Source of the DNA: Octopus sinensis
Taxonomy: Eukaryota
Direction: 5' to 3'
Length of the DNA stretch: 64,000 nt
Assembly (NCBI RefSeq): GCF_006345805.1
Contig: NC_043011.1
Location: forward strand, 27,230,464 to 27,294,463
Under the pieces are notes generated by a model. The model searched no databases. It had not been told where the DNA came from and saw nothing but the letters and a program-made list of their open reading frames with translations. The first letter of the stretch is position 1, and each line of letters starts with the position of its first letter. Below, in pieces: positions 42,560 to 58,367 of the stretch. Made by a program: the position numbers and the translations under genes.

Positions 42560-43652
42560 TACTGTTTGTTAAATAACAAGTACCTCAGACAGACTATACT
42601 TTACACAATATGCGTAAAGTTCCAGGTCATGCCGACGTTTGTAATAATCTAGATTGCAGGGTATCTTTAAGATTTTCAGATGTTTTTTCAGCTTGGGTGG
42701 TTTTGAACCCAATGCTTCGATGACAACAGGGATAACCTTTATGCTCGAATCTCGTAGGGGCCACATCTTAGCGATCTCAATTCTCAGGTCTCCATATTTA
42801 CCAAAGTTTTCTCTTTCGTTCACGATAATATGTTGTTCTCCTGGCACTGCTACGTCGATTATTAGGCACTCTTGTTTGTCCCACCTAAGGGTTACTATCT
42901 CCGATCATCGATGTTCTAATACTTCGTGTATCTGGAAATCAAAGTTCCAGAGGATTTTTGCCTTCCCCTTTTCGTCCGTTACCTTTCCCGGTGTATATTG
43001 GTACCAAGCACTCGTAAGATCATATCCATACTTATGGTGTAGTAGCCAGTGAAGGTTTTGGGCTACTTTGTCGTGTCTAAGCTTGTACTCTTTCTGCTCC
43101 AGACTTTCACAAGTACTAACAATGTGAGTCACACTTTCAACCCTCTTTCCACACATTCTGCAGAGGTCCGATGCACTTGTGTGCTATATATTCCTTTTCA
43201 CTGAGTTGGTATTCAATGCCTAGCCCTAGGCCGCGATGATTAGGCTTTCAGTATTCTTTTTTAGGTCACCCTTGTTGAGCCACTTCCATTATGCTTCCTG
43301 GTATTTTCATTTGTTGGCTTCACGGTGGAACTTACCATCTAATTCCATACGGAGTAGGGTTTCTTCTCTCTTCTTGGCTGTCCTTGATCGGAATTCATGA
43401 GCACTCCCAAGTCCATTTTTGTTAACTCCCTCTTCACTAGCCTCATACTGCAGCAGGCCTTGTCTGCTGTTTACCAAATATTCTGTCATGCTTATTCTTT
43501 CACTGTTGATAGACTCCTAATCAGCCCACGTCCACCCTTACCACTCTTCATGTAGAGCCCGTGGAAATTTGCCTTAGGGTGGAGGTCACTATGCATTGTG
43601 ATTGTCTTTCAGGTAAGGTGATTGAGTTGGTCAATCTCCGTTTGTGTCCATC
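42560..43652 (-). mobile_element. R4/Dong-clade LINE 3' portion, decayed
   Basis: LYMKSGKGGRGL, CRMCGKRVESVTHIVSTC (CCHC), RHDKVA, KILWNFDFQ, IIDVAVP, KYGDLRIEI, IPVVIEALG. Confidence 0.9.
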
Positions 43653-43840
43653 TTAGGATGGGCTATGATCCATTTCTTCATCATACGCGAGTACATGTGT
43701 ATTTATCACTCTTTTATTAAATTTATTAAATTTTAGAAACATTGAAATATGTTTGAAAATTCCGTGGGGTATCGAACTTATCCTGTGTGTGACTTTCAGT
43801 CCACTCTGTTTATACATACATACATACATACATACATACA

Positions 43841-43875
<35 letters not shown>

Positions 43876-44468
43876 TATATATATATATATATATATTCAT
43901 ATATATGTATGTGTATGTATATATATACATACATACATACTTACATATATATATATATATATATATATAGAATTGAACATGTCCATCTTGTATGAGTGTG
44001 GTCCTTTCCCACTTCACATTTATGCATGAATTAGCTTTAGATGTTAGTATTTCTCGTATGTAATCATGCTTATAAATATTTGTGTGCGTGTGTAAGCTTA
44101 TTTGTCTTCCACTATATATGCATGTTTGTGTGTGTGTATATATATAATTTTATATAAGTATTTATATATTAATATATATATATGTATATATATATATCAA
44201 CAATTGAGGGTAAAATTAATTAGTTATTAATCAATTTCACCAAGTATTCAGTATGTAAAAGGACCATTTAAGGCGAATTCAAAATATTACATTATATAAT
44301 TAGGGCTTAGTAAAATAGTTATTTTGAGTAAACATTATTTTGAGTAAACATTATCTGAGAGAAATTTTCTTTAAGTAGTGGAAATGGCAAAAAAACTTTT
44401 TTGGCTGCTAATTCTAGCAAATTCAGTATGTGGCAAAGTAATTTATTTTACTAAGCCCTAATTATATA

Positions 44469-44517
<49 letters not shown>

Positions 44518-44528
44518 AATATATATAT

Positions 44529-44574
<46 letters not shown>

Positions 44575-45502
44575 GTGTGCGTGTATTTATATGTATGTTT
44601 ACACACACACATACACATGTCCACTATGAGTTTCTGTTAATTACTTTGTACGGCCTTTTGCGCAGTCTCTTATAATCGAAAGACAGATTAGCAATTATTT
44701 CTGAACACTTCCCATTATGTCAGAAATCGCAGGCTCGATTGACCCCATTTTATAACTTCCAATTATATTTAATAGTTTAATACTCTGAATTTGTTTAATC
44801 AATTGTTCTCTTTGTTTTCATTGACACTTATAATATGAATATATTCTGGTAACTCTTACTTCCACCTATTTATTCATCTTTACTTACTAGCTTCCATCTT
44901 TCCTCACCGTCTAATATAGTATCATATCATTGACTGCCTAACAACATGGAATCGATGCATTCGAAGAGATCTACTTGAAAACGAGGCAGATGGCATGTGT
45001 ACTGTAATCATACACAAACGCATTCACACACACACACGTACACACGCACACACACACACTCACACACATGTTTACATATATATTTCTACGTACACACCAA
45101 GTGAATGAACATGTGTGTGTAGGTGTGTATGGGCGAATAAATTCACCTTGTGTGATAGCATCTCTTAATGTCTCATTAAGTGGTTATGATGAGAACCAAG
45201 AAGAGCTAAAATTAAGCTTGCGAGCAAACTGGCTGCTATGCTGGTACCCCCTTAGGGTAATACATCGATCATACTTCCCTTGAAGAAAACGCTTAGAGAC
45301 AAAAGAGATAAGGAATCGGGGATCTTACAGCAAACTGTACATACTTTGTTAGGAACAGTGAATGAAAGAGATCTGCTGCTCAGCGGGGAGATAATCGTTT
45401 CTAAACATATCCATCTTTCGTGTTCTGTGGAGAATTTTTTTCCAAGGAGTGAAAAGAGGGAGAAGAGCATACATCCTATTGCATATAATTCTTTTATTAT
45501 TA

Positions 45503-45538
<36 letters not shown>

Positions 45539-45541
45539 GTT

Positions 45542-45572
<31 letters not shown>

Positions 45573-45593
45573 TTGTTGTTGTTGTTATTATTA

Positions 45594-45632
<39 letters not shown>

Positions 45633-46530
45633 TATTATTATTATATCATCATCATAATAGCCATGTATGATATCATTTCATCCTCTTTTGAAATCTTCGG
45701 CATAGCACAAGCAGGTTTTCGAATGATTTTATCTAAGTTCATTTGTAACCAAAAAAACTAAAGTTACAGTTAACGGCGATCGGTTTTTTCTTTATAACAG
45801 TGGAGAGGAGTTCAATGAAGAGAGAAAAGAGATAGGGAGAAAAACCTCCTTGTTAGTTTTGGGATGTATTGCATGATTCATTTTTTCTGCATATATTAAG
45901 CATTAATATGTCTTGTGTAATGGTCCTCTATGCATAAAGATTCTTTCTAGTTTATATTTTGGTCACGTTATTATTTAAAGTATTACTCTACCTTCATAAA
46001 GGGAGAAACATGTTTATGCTAAACAAAAGACCAAATTGAGGATTCGTTAATTTATATTTTATACTTTTGATCTTTTGTTTCCATTAATTAATCTTGATTT
46101 ATTTAATTTAAAATTTATATTTTTCATTTTTATTTCTATGAATATATTTTGTATTTTTTTATGGCTTGCATCTATTTGAACTTAGTGTGGCTATTTATCA
46201 AGAGAAAGCTAAAATTAGAATATGGATATAGCACGATCCAGCTATTGCTGGATCATATATATATAGTATTTATATAATAATATGTATAATATGCGACACA
46301 TTCAGCTACTAACAGCAGTTATAAATCATATTGCGCGGAACTAATTGTTGTCTTATAGATTAAAACCTGTTCAATCCATCTCGTATTATAACGTTTTCAT
46401 ATATGTATGTGTGTGCTTGTATGTGTGCGTATGTATATTTGTGTATAGATATTTATATACACATATATCATACATGTGAGTATATATACATATATAACAA
46501 CAACAACAATAATAATAATAATAATAATAA

Positions 46531-47086
46531 ATGCCCTGATGCAGTACCAGGCAGTGGTTCTCATGGCTTCTGATCTTGACTGATTGGAAGTGTTATCATG
46601 TACATTGTTTTGACTTGGTATAAAAGATGGGCTACAGCAAATATCCTGCTCAATACTACAGATTTGCTTGTCAGTTGTTTGACCATAACCAGTTGAGCAT
46701 GTCCCTTAGTGGCTGACAATATGTGCATCTCTGATCACGAGCAGAATTAGTGAGGGAGCATCATAGCCATGTGTTGGGAGGGATTCTTTGGGGTTTGAAT
46801 AATTCACCTCTGGAAACATGGCTGTTTCGTTCAACAGCCTTAAACAACCCTTATTCAGGGACATTTTTTGCGGGATGGGTTACTCGACCAGAAGAAAATT
46901 CTAACTGGGCCCCACCTGCAAGGTCATGTGCTGTTTATTTTCATATGAAATCACCATGTCGCGCACATATGGTTGTGATGCATGTGCCTAATGTACCCTT
47001 ATCAGATCGGTAGGCATGATGGGTATACTGGGCTTCGTATATTTTACCCCAGTGTCACTTTGATGGCATGCACTGTTCTCTCACTC

Positions 47087-47088
<2 letters not shown>
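46531..47088 (+). mobile_element. Unclassified ~560-bp insertion flanked on both sides by (TAA)n, probably a LINE 3' UTR
   Basis: GC-richer block with sharp edges between TAA tracts; no recognisable ORF. Confidence 0.55.
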
Positions 47089-47142
<54 letters not shown>

Positions 47143-47196
47143 GTAACAACAAAAGAGTGAGACTTCATTATTAGATAAATGGGGATGAATTATATA

Positions 47197-47401
47197 TGTT
47201 ATAATTTAGAACAAACAGTAAAAGGTTGTCATTATAGTACTCGGAGTTTCGAATGTCGGAGCGAAGAGCTACGATACGTTCTCGTCGGCTATAATAATAA
47301 AAACGAATAGCCGACAAGATGTATCGTAGTTCTTCGCTCCGACATTCGAAACTCCGAGTACTATAATGACAACCTTTTACTATTTGTTCTAAATTATAAC
47401 A
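47197..47401. repeat. Near-perfect 205-bp palindrome; each arm carries a hammerhead-like motif
   Basis: Arms 47197-47292 and 47307-47401 are reverse complements with a few mismatches and a 14-bp spacer. Confidence 0.9.
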
Positions 47402-47609
47402 CACACACGCATACACACACACACATATACACATATATATGTATATATCATGAAAATATTTTAACAATCTACCAAACCGAACATATGGAGAAATTAAATA
47501 TTTTCTTACCACGAAGCCAATGGTAGCCTTAATACACAAATAAAGAATCTTTATGCATTAATGCAGTTTTGAGCACTAGTTCTCATTGTTCGACATTTAT
47601 ATGTATGTG

Positions 47610-47656
<47 letters not shown>

Positions 47657-47689
47657 CATATATATATACATATATATAATATATATATA

Positions 47690-47797
<108 letters not shown>

Positions 47798-47852
47798 CAC
47801 GTATCCCTCTCCCTTGCTTTCTCCCTCTCTCTCTACATATATATATATATAT

Positions 47853-48645
47853 AAGGTGTGATGGGTAAATTGTCATAATTTTATATATCTTTTATTTCGC
47901 GCATGCGCATCGTTTTGGATTTTGTTGACTACACAGTATAGCAGGGTCAGTTGGGCATCGTCTGTGAAAAACAGCACCATAACATAGTTCACTCTGCAAG
48001 GAATTTGGAAACAACATGCTTGGCTTACGCGCTGGTAGTGATAAAAATCGCGCCGAACGTGATAAAAATCAAACATCATGGTGTTTGGAGTGATCACTAG
48101 TGATGGTGATGTTATACTTCTATTCATCTTCCTACACGGCCTAAGACTCAACACGTTGGCCTACATCAAGGGCCTAGATGTCCTGCCCTGGGTCAAGAGG
48201 GTGGCTGTTGGAAGACCCTATGTCTGGCAACAGGACTTTGTATCATGCCACACAAGCAGAAGCACCCAGTGATGGCGGTCAGACAACAAATTTTGCGACC
48301 ACATCACCCCTAACATCTGGCCACTTAACTCCCCAAACTGCAACCTCCTTGATTATTATGTGTAGGGCGCAGTTGAGCGAGAGACCAATAAAACTTCATG
48401 TAACACCAAAGATGAAATGAAGGCAGCATTCAGTAACTTAAACAAGGAGACCGTCCACAAGAATTGCAGGAGATTCCGAAGTCGTCTGAGGTCGTGGTTA
48501 AAGCCAATTGCGAATTTATTTTCTCTTTACTCATTAGTATTTCAAAATATTTTAATGTAAATTTGGTAAATATATGTTAAAATAAGATGTCAGTGTTATT
48601 TTCATTTTTGCGTAATTAAGACGACAGTTTATTCATCGCACCCTG
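47853..48645 (+). mobile_element. Internally deleted Tc1/mariner-superfamily element (maT/DD37D-like)
   Basis: MVFGVITSDG, YVWQQDFVSCHTS, WPLNSPNCNLLDYYV; imperfect TIRs AGGTGTGATGGGTAAATTGTC / GACAGTTTATTCATCGCACCCTG; TA flanks. Confidence 0.85.
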
Positions 48646-48749
48646 TATTTATGTGCATGGGACTGACTGGGAAAGCAATGCCTGTCATCGCCACAGATGG
48701 AGGAAGTAGGTTAAGGAGGGGTCGACACCTTTGAGAGAGCATGTATTCT

Positions 48750-48949
48750 GCATGATACGCGTCGGAGGGGAATTCTCTTATCGCATTGATGTTGCCTATG
48801 CTGCAGGTGGTGACCACATTGAACACATTGAACACAGAAAATAAAAGTTGATGGTGAGTAAATACTTATGACTTTGCTGGACTTTTCTATTGCTTTTCAT
48901 AAATAAGATATTGTGTGATGAAATCGGTTCATTCTTTTTGAATAACCCT
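48750..48949 (+). mobile_element. 3' end of another Tc1/mariner-superfamily element
   Basis: EFSYRIDVAYAAGGDHIEH C-terminal motif; ends TTCTTTTTGAATAACCC-TA. Confidence 0.6.
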
Positions 48950-49161
48950 ATATATATATATATATAATATATATATATATATATGTACACACACACACAC
49001 ACACACACACCACACACACATGTATGTATATGTATATGTCTGTAAATACAAACACGCACACACACAGATAAGCCCAGCAAACATATATAGATAGATATTA
49101 ATATTTAATTTAGATACATAGATGTAAATTTATAGATATTGAGGCAAATAAATAGATAGAT

Positions 49162-49212
<51 letters not shown>

Positions 49213-50190
49213 GATGGGGAGGGAAGAAAACAGAAAGTTATATTAATGTCATTCGTAGAAGTGAAGAACTTAAAGACAAATGGCCAAATTTAGAGATTAA
49301 GTCTCCCCAAATGCACTTTATTTCATTTTCACACATTTTAAGTAAATTGCATGCATTTCTGTATCAGTGTTGGTGTGATGAAAATGCACTCAATTAGCAA
49401 TTTTGCTTCATCACGATTAAAAAAAGAAAACCCAAACAAGTTACATTGATGTGGATTGGGAGAAGGGAAGCAATTATGTTTTTTATTTGTTTGATTCTGT
49501 GTGCTAATAACATTATAGAACGTGCAAATCAGGTCGTATTATGTTTATCATTCATGTGAGACTATATTCTCATGAGTGATAACACGTTAATGAAACTTAA
49601 CAGAAGATTTCCAGTTCGTTGCTTTACATGGCGGGATAAATGGCAATATGAATGCATCAATAACCAAACCGTTCCTGCACAGCTGCTATTAAATCAGTGG
49701 ATCTTATTTACAACAGAGAAAAAGAAAACAGATAAAAACTATTGTATTATCTTAATCAACAGTCCAGATGTCCTTAGCAACATGTTTAATGGTGGAGAAA
49801 TCTTTAAATGATATTGAAAAGCCAGTGTAGGGTTAGTAAGAACTGTTCATTAAACTGGTCGAGTGTGTTTATATACGTATGTTTGTGCCTGTGTAGTGTT
49901 GTTTGTTTGCGTGTATGCGTGCGTTTGTGCATATTTACGTATGTATGTTTGTGTGTGTGTGTGTGTGTGTATGTGTCTGTGCGTGCGTGTGTGTTTGTGT
50001 ATGTGATTTAGTATTTGTATCATAAATCATCCTCCATAGACATACATGATCAAAACAATGGAATTATAATGGAAAAATGGTTGAAGTAATTTAAAAAGTA
50101 TATTAAAGAGGAATGAAGAAATACATGTTGGAAATAAAGAATTTTATATATATATATATATATACATATGGAGAGAGATAGAGAGAGAGA

Positions 50191-51502
<1,312 letters not shown>

Positions 51503-52676
51503 TGTTAAATCGAGTATTCTGTCCCAGTATGTCTCAAAGTTAGCAGTTCATCAATCAGAGATATATAAAATAAATGCCAGATTGAAAAATGTAACGAGGT
51601 CAGTATGATCAATTAGATTTTTAAAGGTAATACCTCATCATGGTGACAGTCGAAAGACTAAACACAGTAAAATAATGTTTATAGACTTAATGACTTCAAA
51701 TTTAAGGTAATATATTACTAACCACAAGTTAATGAATTCAAAACCTTGTATTGAACTTCTTTTTTATAGAATAATATTATATGTACATCTCAGTCTACTT
51801 GACGTCCAACAATTAACGATTCTAATTTGAAGTTGAATGATCAGCAGTAAGAAAGATGTGAAGATTACGTAAGAAATTATTGTGCAAAATATTCACCACA
51901 AAATATTTACCACAACAAAACACACACAAATTTGCGTTTGTGGTAAGTTGAGCTACTACAAATAACTGCCAAATATCACTTAAAACTCAGCCGTTCATCA
52001 AAATAAAGACATAGATTTACAGTATTTTAGGAAGAAAAAAGTATGCGATGGGTCAGAAGCAACGCTGGGCTAAACAAAACACAGACAAACAAAGTTTATA
52101 TTAAAAGATTATCTACTAAATAATACTAATAAAGTTGACGGTGTGTCTTCGAAGTTTCATTCCCTGGCAAAATGCCTTACATTTTGAACATTTTCTCATT
52201 AAAGACAAAGATTGTTCAGGCAGAGTTGCTTCCCTTAGCTAAAGAACTTAAAATTATGCGACCCGACCTCGTTTTCGAAGTTATTTTTGCAGCAAAAAAG
52301 AGTTGTGCTAAAAAACATACTTTATTTGGTAACCGAAACGTTACTGAATCTTTTGACACCTAATACGTCAAAATCGGCAACTCAGTTTTCGAATCTATAA
52401 GCACCATACGCCAGCACATACACACACGTACACACACGCACACACATGCACACACGGGAACACAAACACACGCACACACACATACACGAACACACATGCT
52501 CACACCGGCACACACTCACGCACACACAAACACACACAAACTCTGTTTTATATATTAAGATATACATACATGTGTATATGTATGCATGTATGTACGTGTG
52601 CGTATATACATAGATACATGCATGCATACATACATACATACATACATACATACATAAATACATACATACATACATA

Positions 52677-53953
52677 CAGGGGTTGTACAAAATAATGAAA
52701 ACACCTTAAACTTTCAAACAAAATAGTTTTAATATAGAGTAGGACCGCCTTTGGCAGTAATTACAGCTTGAATTCTACGAGGTATGGATACGTACAGAGT
52801 TTGAATTGTTTCCAAAGGAATTTTTGTCCATTCTTCAGCTAAAACAGTCTCCACTTTGTGCAGTGATGATGGTAGACAATATCGACTCTTTACTTGTTTT
52901 TCTAAAATGCACCATAAAAGTTCAATAATATTGAGATCTGGGGACTGTGGTGGCTAGATAAGATGTTCAACTTCACTAGAATGCTCCTCATGCCATTCAG
53001 TAACAACTTTAGCTGTGTGAATTGGTGCATTATCATCCTGAAAGATTGCGTTTCCCCACGGAAACAGGTCTGCAACTATAGGATGAAATTGATCAGATAT
53101 AATGCTCAAATAGTCTTGACTATTAATTTTGTCAAGAGCGGAAATCATTTAGCCGGCGGATTTCCAAGATATAGCACCCCCAGATCATCACAGATCCTCC
53201 TCCAAGTTAAACAGTTGGAAGAAGGCAGTCTGGGTCAAATGCTTCTTTTGGCTGTCCCCACACGTATGCTCGGTCGGTGGTCGGAAATAAGGTAAAGGAT
53301 TACTCGTCCAAGAAAATAACATTCTTCCACTGCTCTAAGGACCAATTCTGTAGGGCTTTACTCCATTCTAAACGCTTTGCAACGTATGTTTTTGAAAGTA
53401 GTGGTTTTCTGATTGCAGCCCTCCCGTGAAATCTGGCTTTGTGCAGCTCCTAGTGAACAGTTTTTGTGGAAACTGGATTCTCCAGGTGGTCATTAAGCTC
53501 TGCAGTAATTTTGGGAGCTGTACTTTTGTGATCCTTTCTAACAATTCGGGCAAGAGTCCGACGGGCCTTATCTGAATATTTTGGTTTTCTTCCGGAGCTT
53601 TGTTTCGACAAGGAGGTTTTTCACTGTTTCTCAAAAGCTGTCATTACTTTTGTGACAGTACTTCTTGATACACAAAACATTTCGGCTGTTTTCATTACGT
53701 TAGCACCTGCCATACGAGCACCAACAATTTGACCTCTTTGAAAGTCCGATAGATCTGTCATTTTAATGAATTTTAATTACCTTTTTCGGATGATATCTGA
53801 AAAGGAACAGCAATTTTTGCAAAACATATTAAGCAACACTAATAATAAATTAAAAAAAAACATGAAAATAAACAAGCTTTTGACGGTTTTATAGTCATTT
53901 CGAAATTATGATGCTATGATGCTAGGTGTTCCCATTATTTTGTCCAACCCCTG
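52677..53953 (-). mobile_element. Near full-length Tc1 (DD34E) transposon with frameshifted transposase
   Basis: TIRs CAGGGGTTGTACAAAATAATGAAAACACCT / AGGTGTTCCCATTATTTTGTCCAACCCCTG with TA flanks; MTDLSDFQRGQIVGAR, IFQDDNAPIH, SPDLNIIE. Confidence 0.92.
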
Positions 53954-54979
53954 TACATACACACACACAAACACACACACACACGCATATATATATATAT
54001 ATATATATATATCATATATACACACTCATACATACACGCACACACATATATATAAATGGATATATGGCAATCTTTATATCTTATCTGACATGGATGTATT
54101 TTTACAATGCGGTATACTGCAGTATTTGCCTTAAGAGATCTTCTCAAAGACATACGGTACTAATACCACAGACATATATTGCTAGTTGACAAGATCCGCT
54201 TGGCTTAGGCATTGAAACTACTAGATCATGTGATTTCATCATACTGCCTCTCCTCAGGGGCAAGTGTTCGTTCGCCACATACTACCCAAATCTCACTGCT
54301 AACAATATATAGAATAACAGGTATTTATGTGTGTTTGCAGACCCACACATAAATACACGCCCATAGACACACTCAAGGCGCAAAGAAAAATTCGTGTGGC
54401 CAATGCGTCACCAGTTTGTCAATAGGTTGTTTTCTTATGTTATTTTGATTTCAGTTTGTAATATTTGTTCTGATTACCGCTTAATATTGGGGCATTAAAA
54501 AGAGGCAAGTAGGTGTTAACTTAACTTTTGGAGTGATTCTTTGACTGTTAGGGCAGGTTTTCTTATAAATAGAATGTAAATGAAAATTAATACGTAACAT
54601 AAATAAAATCTGGACATATAGCAGAGATACAATATTGACTATGTGTCTGACAATGTATGTGTTGGCATGAGTATCATTTTTGGGGGAAGACTGGCTGTTG
54701 TCCATGAATGCTAGTCTCTCATCACCGATGATTATCCAAGTGCTGGCACTGGTGTTGCTGTTAGAACGCGCAGAAATGGAACATACATCGCAAAATATCT
54801 CACTTGATCCTTTAACATTTCCAACAACCAACTCTTCTTCGACCTGCATTGGAAAAGGCTTGTCAATGGTGAGGTCGCAAATGGAAACGAAAGGACTTTT
54901 ACAAACCAATTTGATTGATTAACAAAGTTATTAATCAAACAATCGGTTAGTTAAATGGAAATATAAACTAATTGACTAA

Positions 54980-55011
<32 letters not shown>

Positions 55012-55099
55012 ATAATAATAATAATAATACAAAAAAACAATCAAGGTTTAAAACAAACATAATTTTCGGTTTAAAAAAAAAAAAAAAAACTTTTTTTTT

Positions 55100-55245
55100 T
55101 TAGACATTCATTAGTACAACATCCCCACCCCCCAAATATATGGCACACTAGGCATAACAACAACATGAACTTCAACCCTGTTGTCTCTTGAGGTCTCTGG
55201 GTGAGACTTGGAGCCAACTTGTACAAATAAAAGCAAAAGTCAAAC
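55100..55245 (+). mobile_element. Short 3' end of an R4/Dong-like element ending in (TAA)n
   Basis: TCTCTTGAGGTCTCTGGGTGAGACTTG followed by an A-rich end and a long TAA tract; TAA tract also upstream. Confidence 0.45.
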
Positions 55246-55315
<70 letters not shown>

Positions 55316-56008
55316 GAAGTAAACTACAACGCGTGCATGTGGTAATTATTAGCAGAATGATCCTCCCGAGATATAACAAAATACTGACATAAAACATGAA
55401 AGACAGTGTTGACTTTGGTGGGATTTGAACTCAAAGATCGGAGTAAATAATGCGAGGTCAGCTATTCTGCAATCTACCATTTCACTGTCTTAAGATAGAA
55501 GGATAATGAGAATAACAAATTAACTCGAGTATGAATAATTATATAATTCTGAAGAATATTTTAATCACAACCAAACTGCAAAAATTCATCGAAGCAGAAG
55601 AAGAAACAAGCCAAAACATAAAACACAGGGATATCAATAAGAGTATTAGAGAATGTGAAATAATTACGATTCAGAATTAAAAAAAACAAAATTAATTTCT
55701 TGAAAGTAGTCACTCATAACTTGAAATATTAATATCCTAATACATTTTGTTCCTAACGATGGCTTTTAGCTGTCACTTATCTGCGTTCCTAACAAATTAT
55801 AAAATTAGAATAATTTAAATAAATAAACTTTAGTTTAAGTTTATTATTATATAGCCATCAATATTCTATACTTGGTAGTTTACGTTCATTTTTTTCTGTT
55901 AATCTGTTTTGTAAAATAAAGAAAATGAAACTGAAGAAAAAGAGATCACTTTGCATGGCAGCTCGGATCGAGCAATGCAGACGGAAACTGCGTAGGAAGC
56001 AGTCGTGA

Positions 56009-56326
56009 GGGCGCGTGTCTTAGTGGTTAGGGCATTCGGCTCATGATCGTAAGGTTGTGAGTTCGATTCCCGGCGACGCGTTGTGTCCTTGAGCAAGACA
56101 CTTTATTTCACGTTGCTCCAGTCCACTCAGCTGGCAAAAATGAGTTGTACTTGTATTTCAAAGGGTCAGCCTTGTCACTCTCTGTGTCACGCTGATTATC
56201 CCCGAGAACTACGTTAAGGGTACATGTGTCTGTGGAATGCTCAGCCATTTGCACGTTAATTTCACGAGCAAGCTGTTCCGTTGATCGTATCAGCTGGGAC
56301 CCTCGTCGTCGTAACCGGCGGAGTCT
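56009..56326 (+). mobile_element. tRNA-derived SINE with family-B-like head and core and tail T2
   Basis: 5' part matches 29515-29655; 3' part matches the reverse complement of 10708-10888. Confidence 0.85.
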
Positions 56327-56339
56327 TTTAAGGAAGCAG

Positions 56340-56801
56340 TCATATACATACATACACACAAACACACATACATAAATATAGACATACATACATACATACA
56401 TACATACTTACATACATACACACATACATACATACATACATACATACATACATACATACATACATACATACATACACACATACATACATACTTACATACA
56501 TACATACATACTTACATACACACATACATACACACATACATACATACATACATACATACATACATACATACATACATACATACATACATGCATGCATACA
56601 TACATACATATATACATACATACATACTTACATACATACTTACATACACACATACATACATACATACATGCATGCATACATACATACTTACATACATACA
56701 CACATACATACATACATACATACATGCATGCATGCATACATAGATACATACATACATACTTACATACATACACACATACATACATACATACATACATACA
56801 T

Positions 56802-56832
<31 letters not shown>

Positions 56833-56908
56833 TACACACACACATACATACATACATACATACATACATACATACATACATACATACATACATACATACA
56901 TACATACA
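56340..56908. repeat. Long (CATA)n microsatellite
   Basis: Direct reading; source of the MYVC ORFs. Confidence 0.95.
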
Positions 56909-56924
56909 TTCCGAAGTACATATC

Positions 56925-57390
56925 TTTTATCTTTTCTATATTTTACTTGTTTCAGATATTTGACGGTAGCCGTACTGGGGCACCGCCTTAAAGTGTTTTA
57001 GTCGAAGAAATCGACACCAGGACTAACTTTTAAACCTAGTACTTATACTGTCGAACTCAAGAAACGAACGGCTAAGTTGTGGGGTGGTAAATACACCAAT
57101 ACCAATTGCCAAGCACTGGTGCGAGGACAAACACAGAGACAAACACACACACACACACATGCACACACATACGCACACACACACACGCACGCACACACAC
57201 ACACAATATGCGTGCGCTTATATAGATATAACGGGCTTCTTTCGGTTTCCATCTGCCAAATCCACTCAGAAGGCTTTGGTCGGCCCGAAGCTATAGTAGA
57301 AGAACTTGCCCAAGGTGCCACGCAGTTGGACTAAACCCGAACCATGTGGTTGTGATGCAAGCTTCTTACCACGCAACCACAGCTGTGCCA
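56925..57390 (-). mobile_element. SINE family A, diverged
   Basis: Reverse-complement homology; further partial copies at about 57640-57770(+) and 58345-58515(-). Confidence 0.85.
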
Positions 57391-57834
57391 ATACACACAG
57401 ACACACACATACAGACACACTGTCACAGACACACACACTCTCATATATATATATATATATATATATGTAAAAAATATATATATAAAAATACAAAATGGGA
57501 CAAGAACACAACACATTCAAATAGACGATGCAAAAAACGGACGGGTCATTCGAAGCCTCTAATCTTCAGTCAAGAACCGGATCATCCTCGCAATTTCGGC
57601 TGATTTTATATATAATATATATATATATATGTATGTGTGTGTGTCTGTGTATATGCGCGTGTGCCTGTGTTTCCTTACTCCACACTACTTAAAACGGAGT
57701 TGAGTTGTTTACATCTGGGCAACTTAACGGTTCGGCTAAAGTAGAGGTTAGAATAAATACCAAATTTTGAAACAACTATGTACTCCTTCCGATTTGTTCT
57801 TAATTTTCCTACATTTTGAGAGTATAAGAAATAA

Positions 57835-58008
57835 TCATTTCTACTATAAGCACAAGGCCTGAAATTTAGTGGGAGGGGTAAGTGCTCAATCGGTACTTAT
57901 TTTATCGACCTCGAAAGGATGGAAGACAAAATTGACCGCGGCGGCATTTGAACTCAGAACGCAAAGACAGACGAAATGATGCTAACGTTCTGTAAGCTCG
58001 CTGCCTTA
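57835..58008 (-). mobile_element. SINE family C, degenerate
   Basis: Reverse-complement homology to 23695. Confidence 0.8.
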
Positions 58009-58312
58009 AAGATTATGAGAAATAATGAAATATTGGGCTTGGAGTTTGGTTTAGAAACCAAGTCACGCGAGCGCACACACACATGCGTACGCATTCACGT
58101 AAGGAAACAAATATCAGCTCTACAAGCAGTTGCTATGCTATGAGGTGGTATAGTAGCAGTAGTCCATATATATATATATATATTGATAAAACGGTAAGAT
58201 AACAAAAGAAAGAAAGAGACCTCAATATTATGTAAATAGAGGAAATTTATCTATACAATAATATGTTACATTATCTTGACTACCGAGTAATGTAACATAT
58301 TATTGTATATAT

Positions 58313-58367
<55 letters not shown>

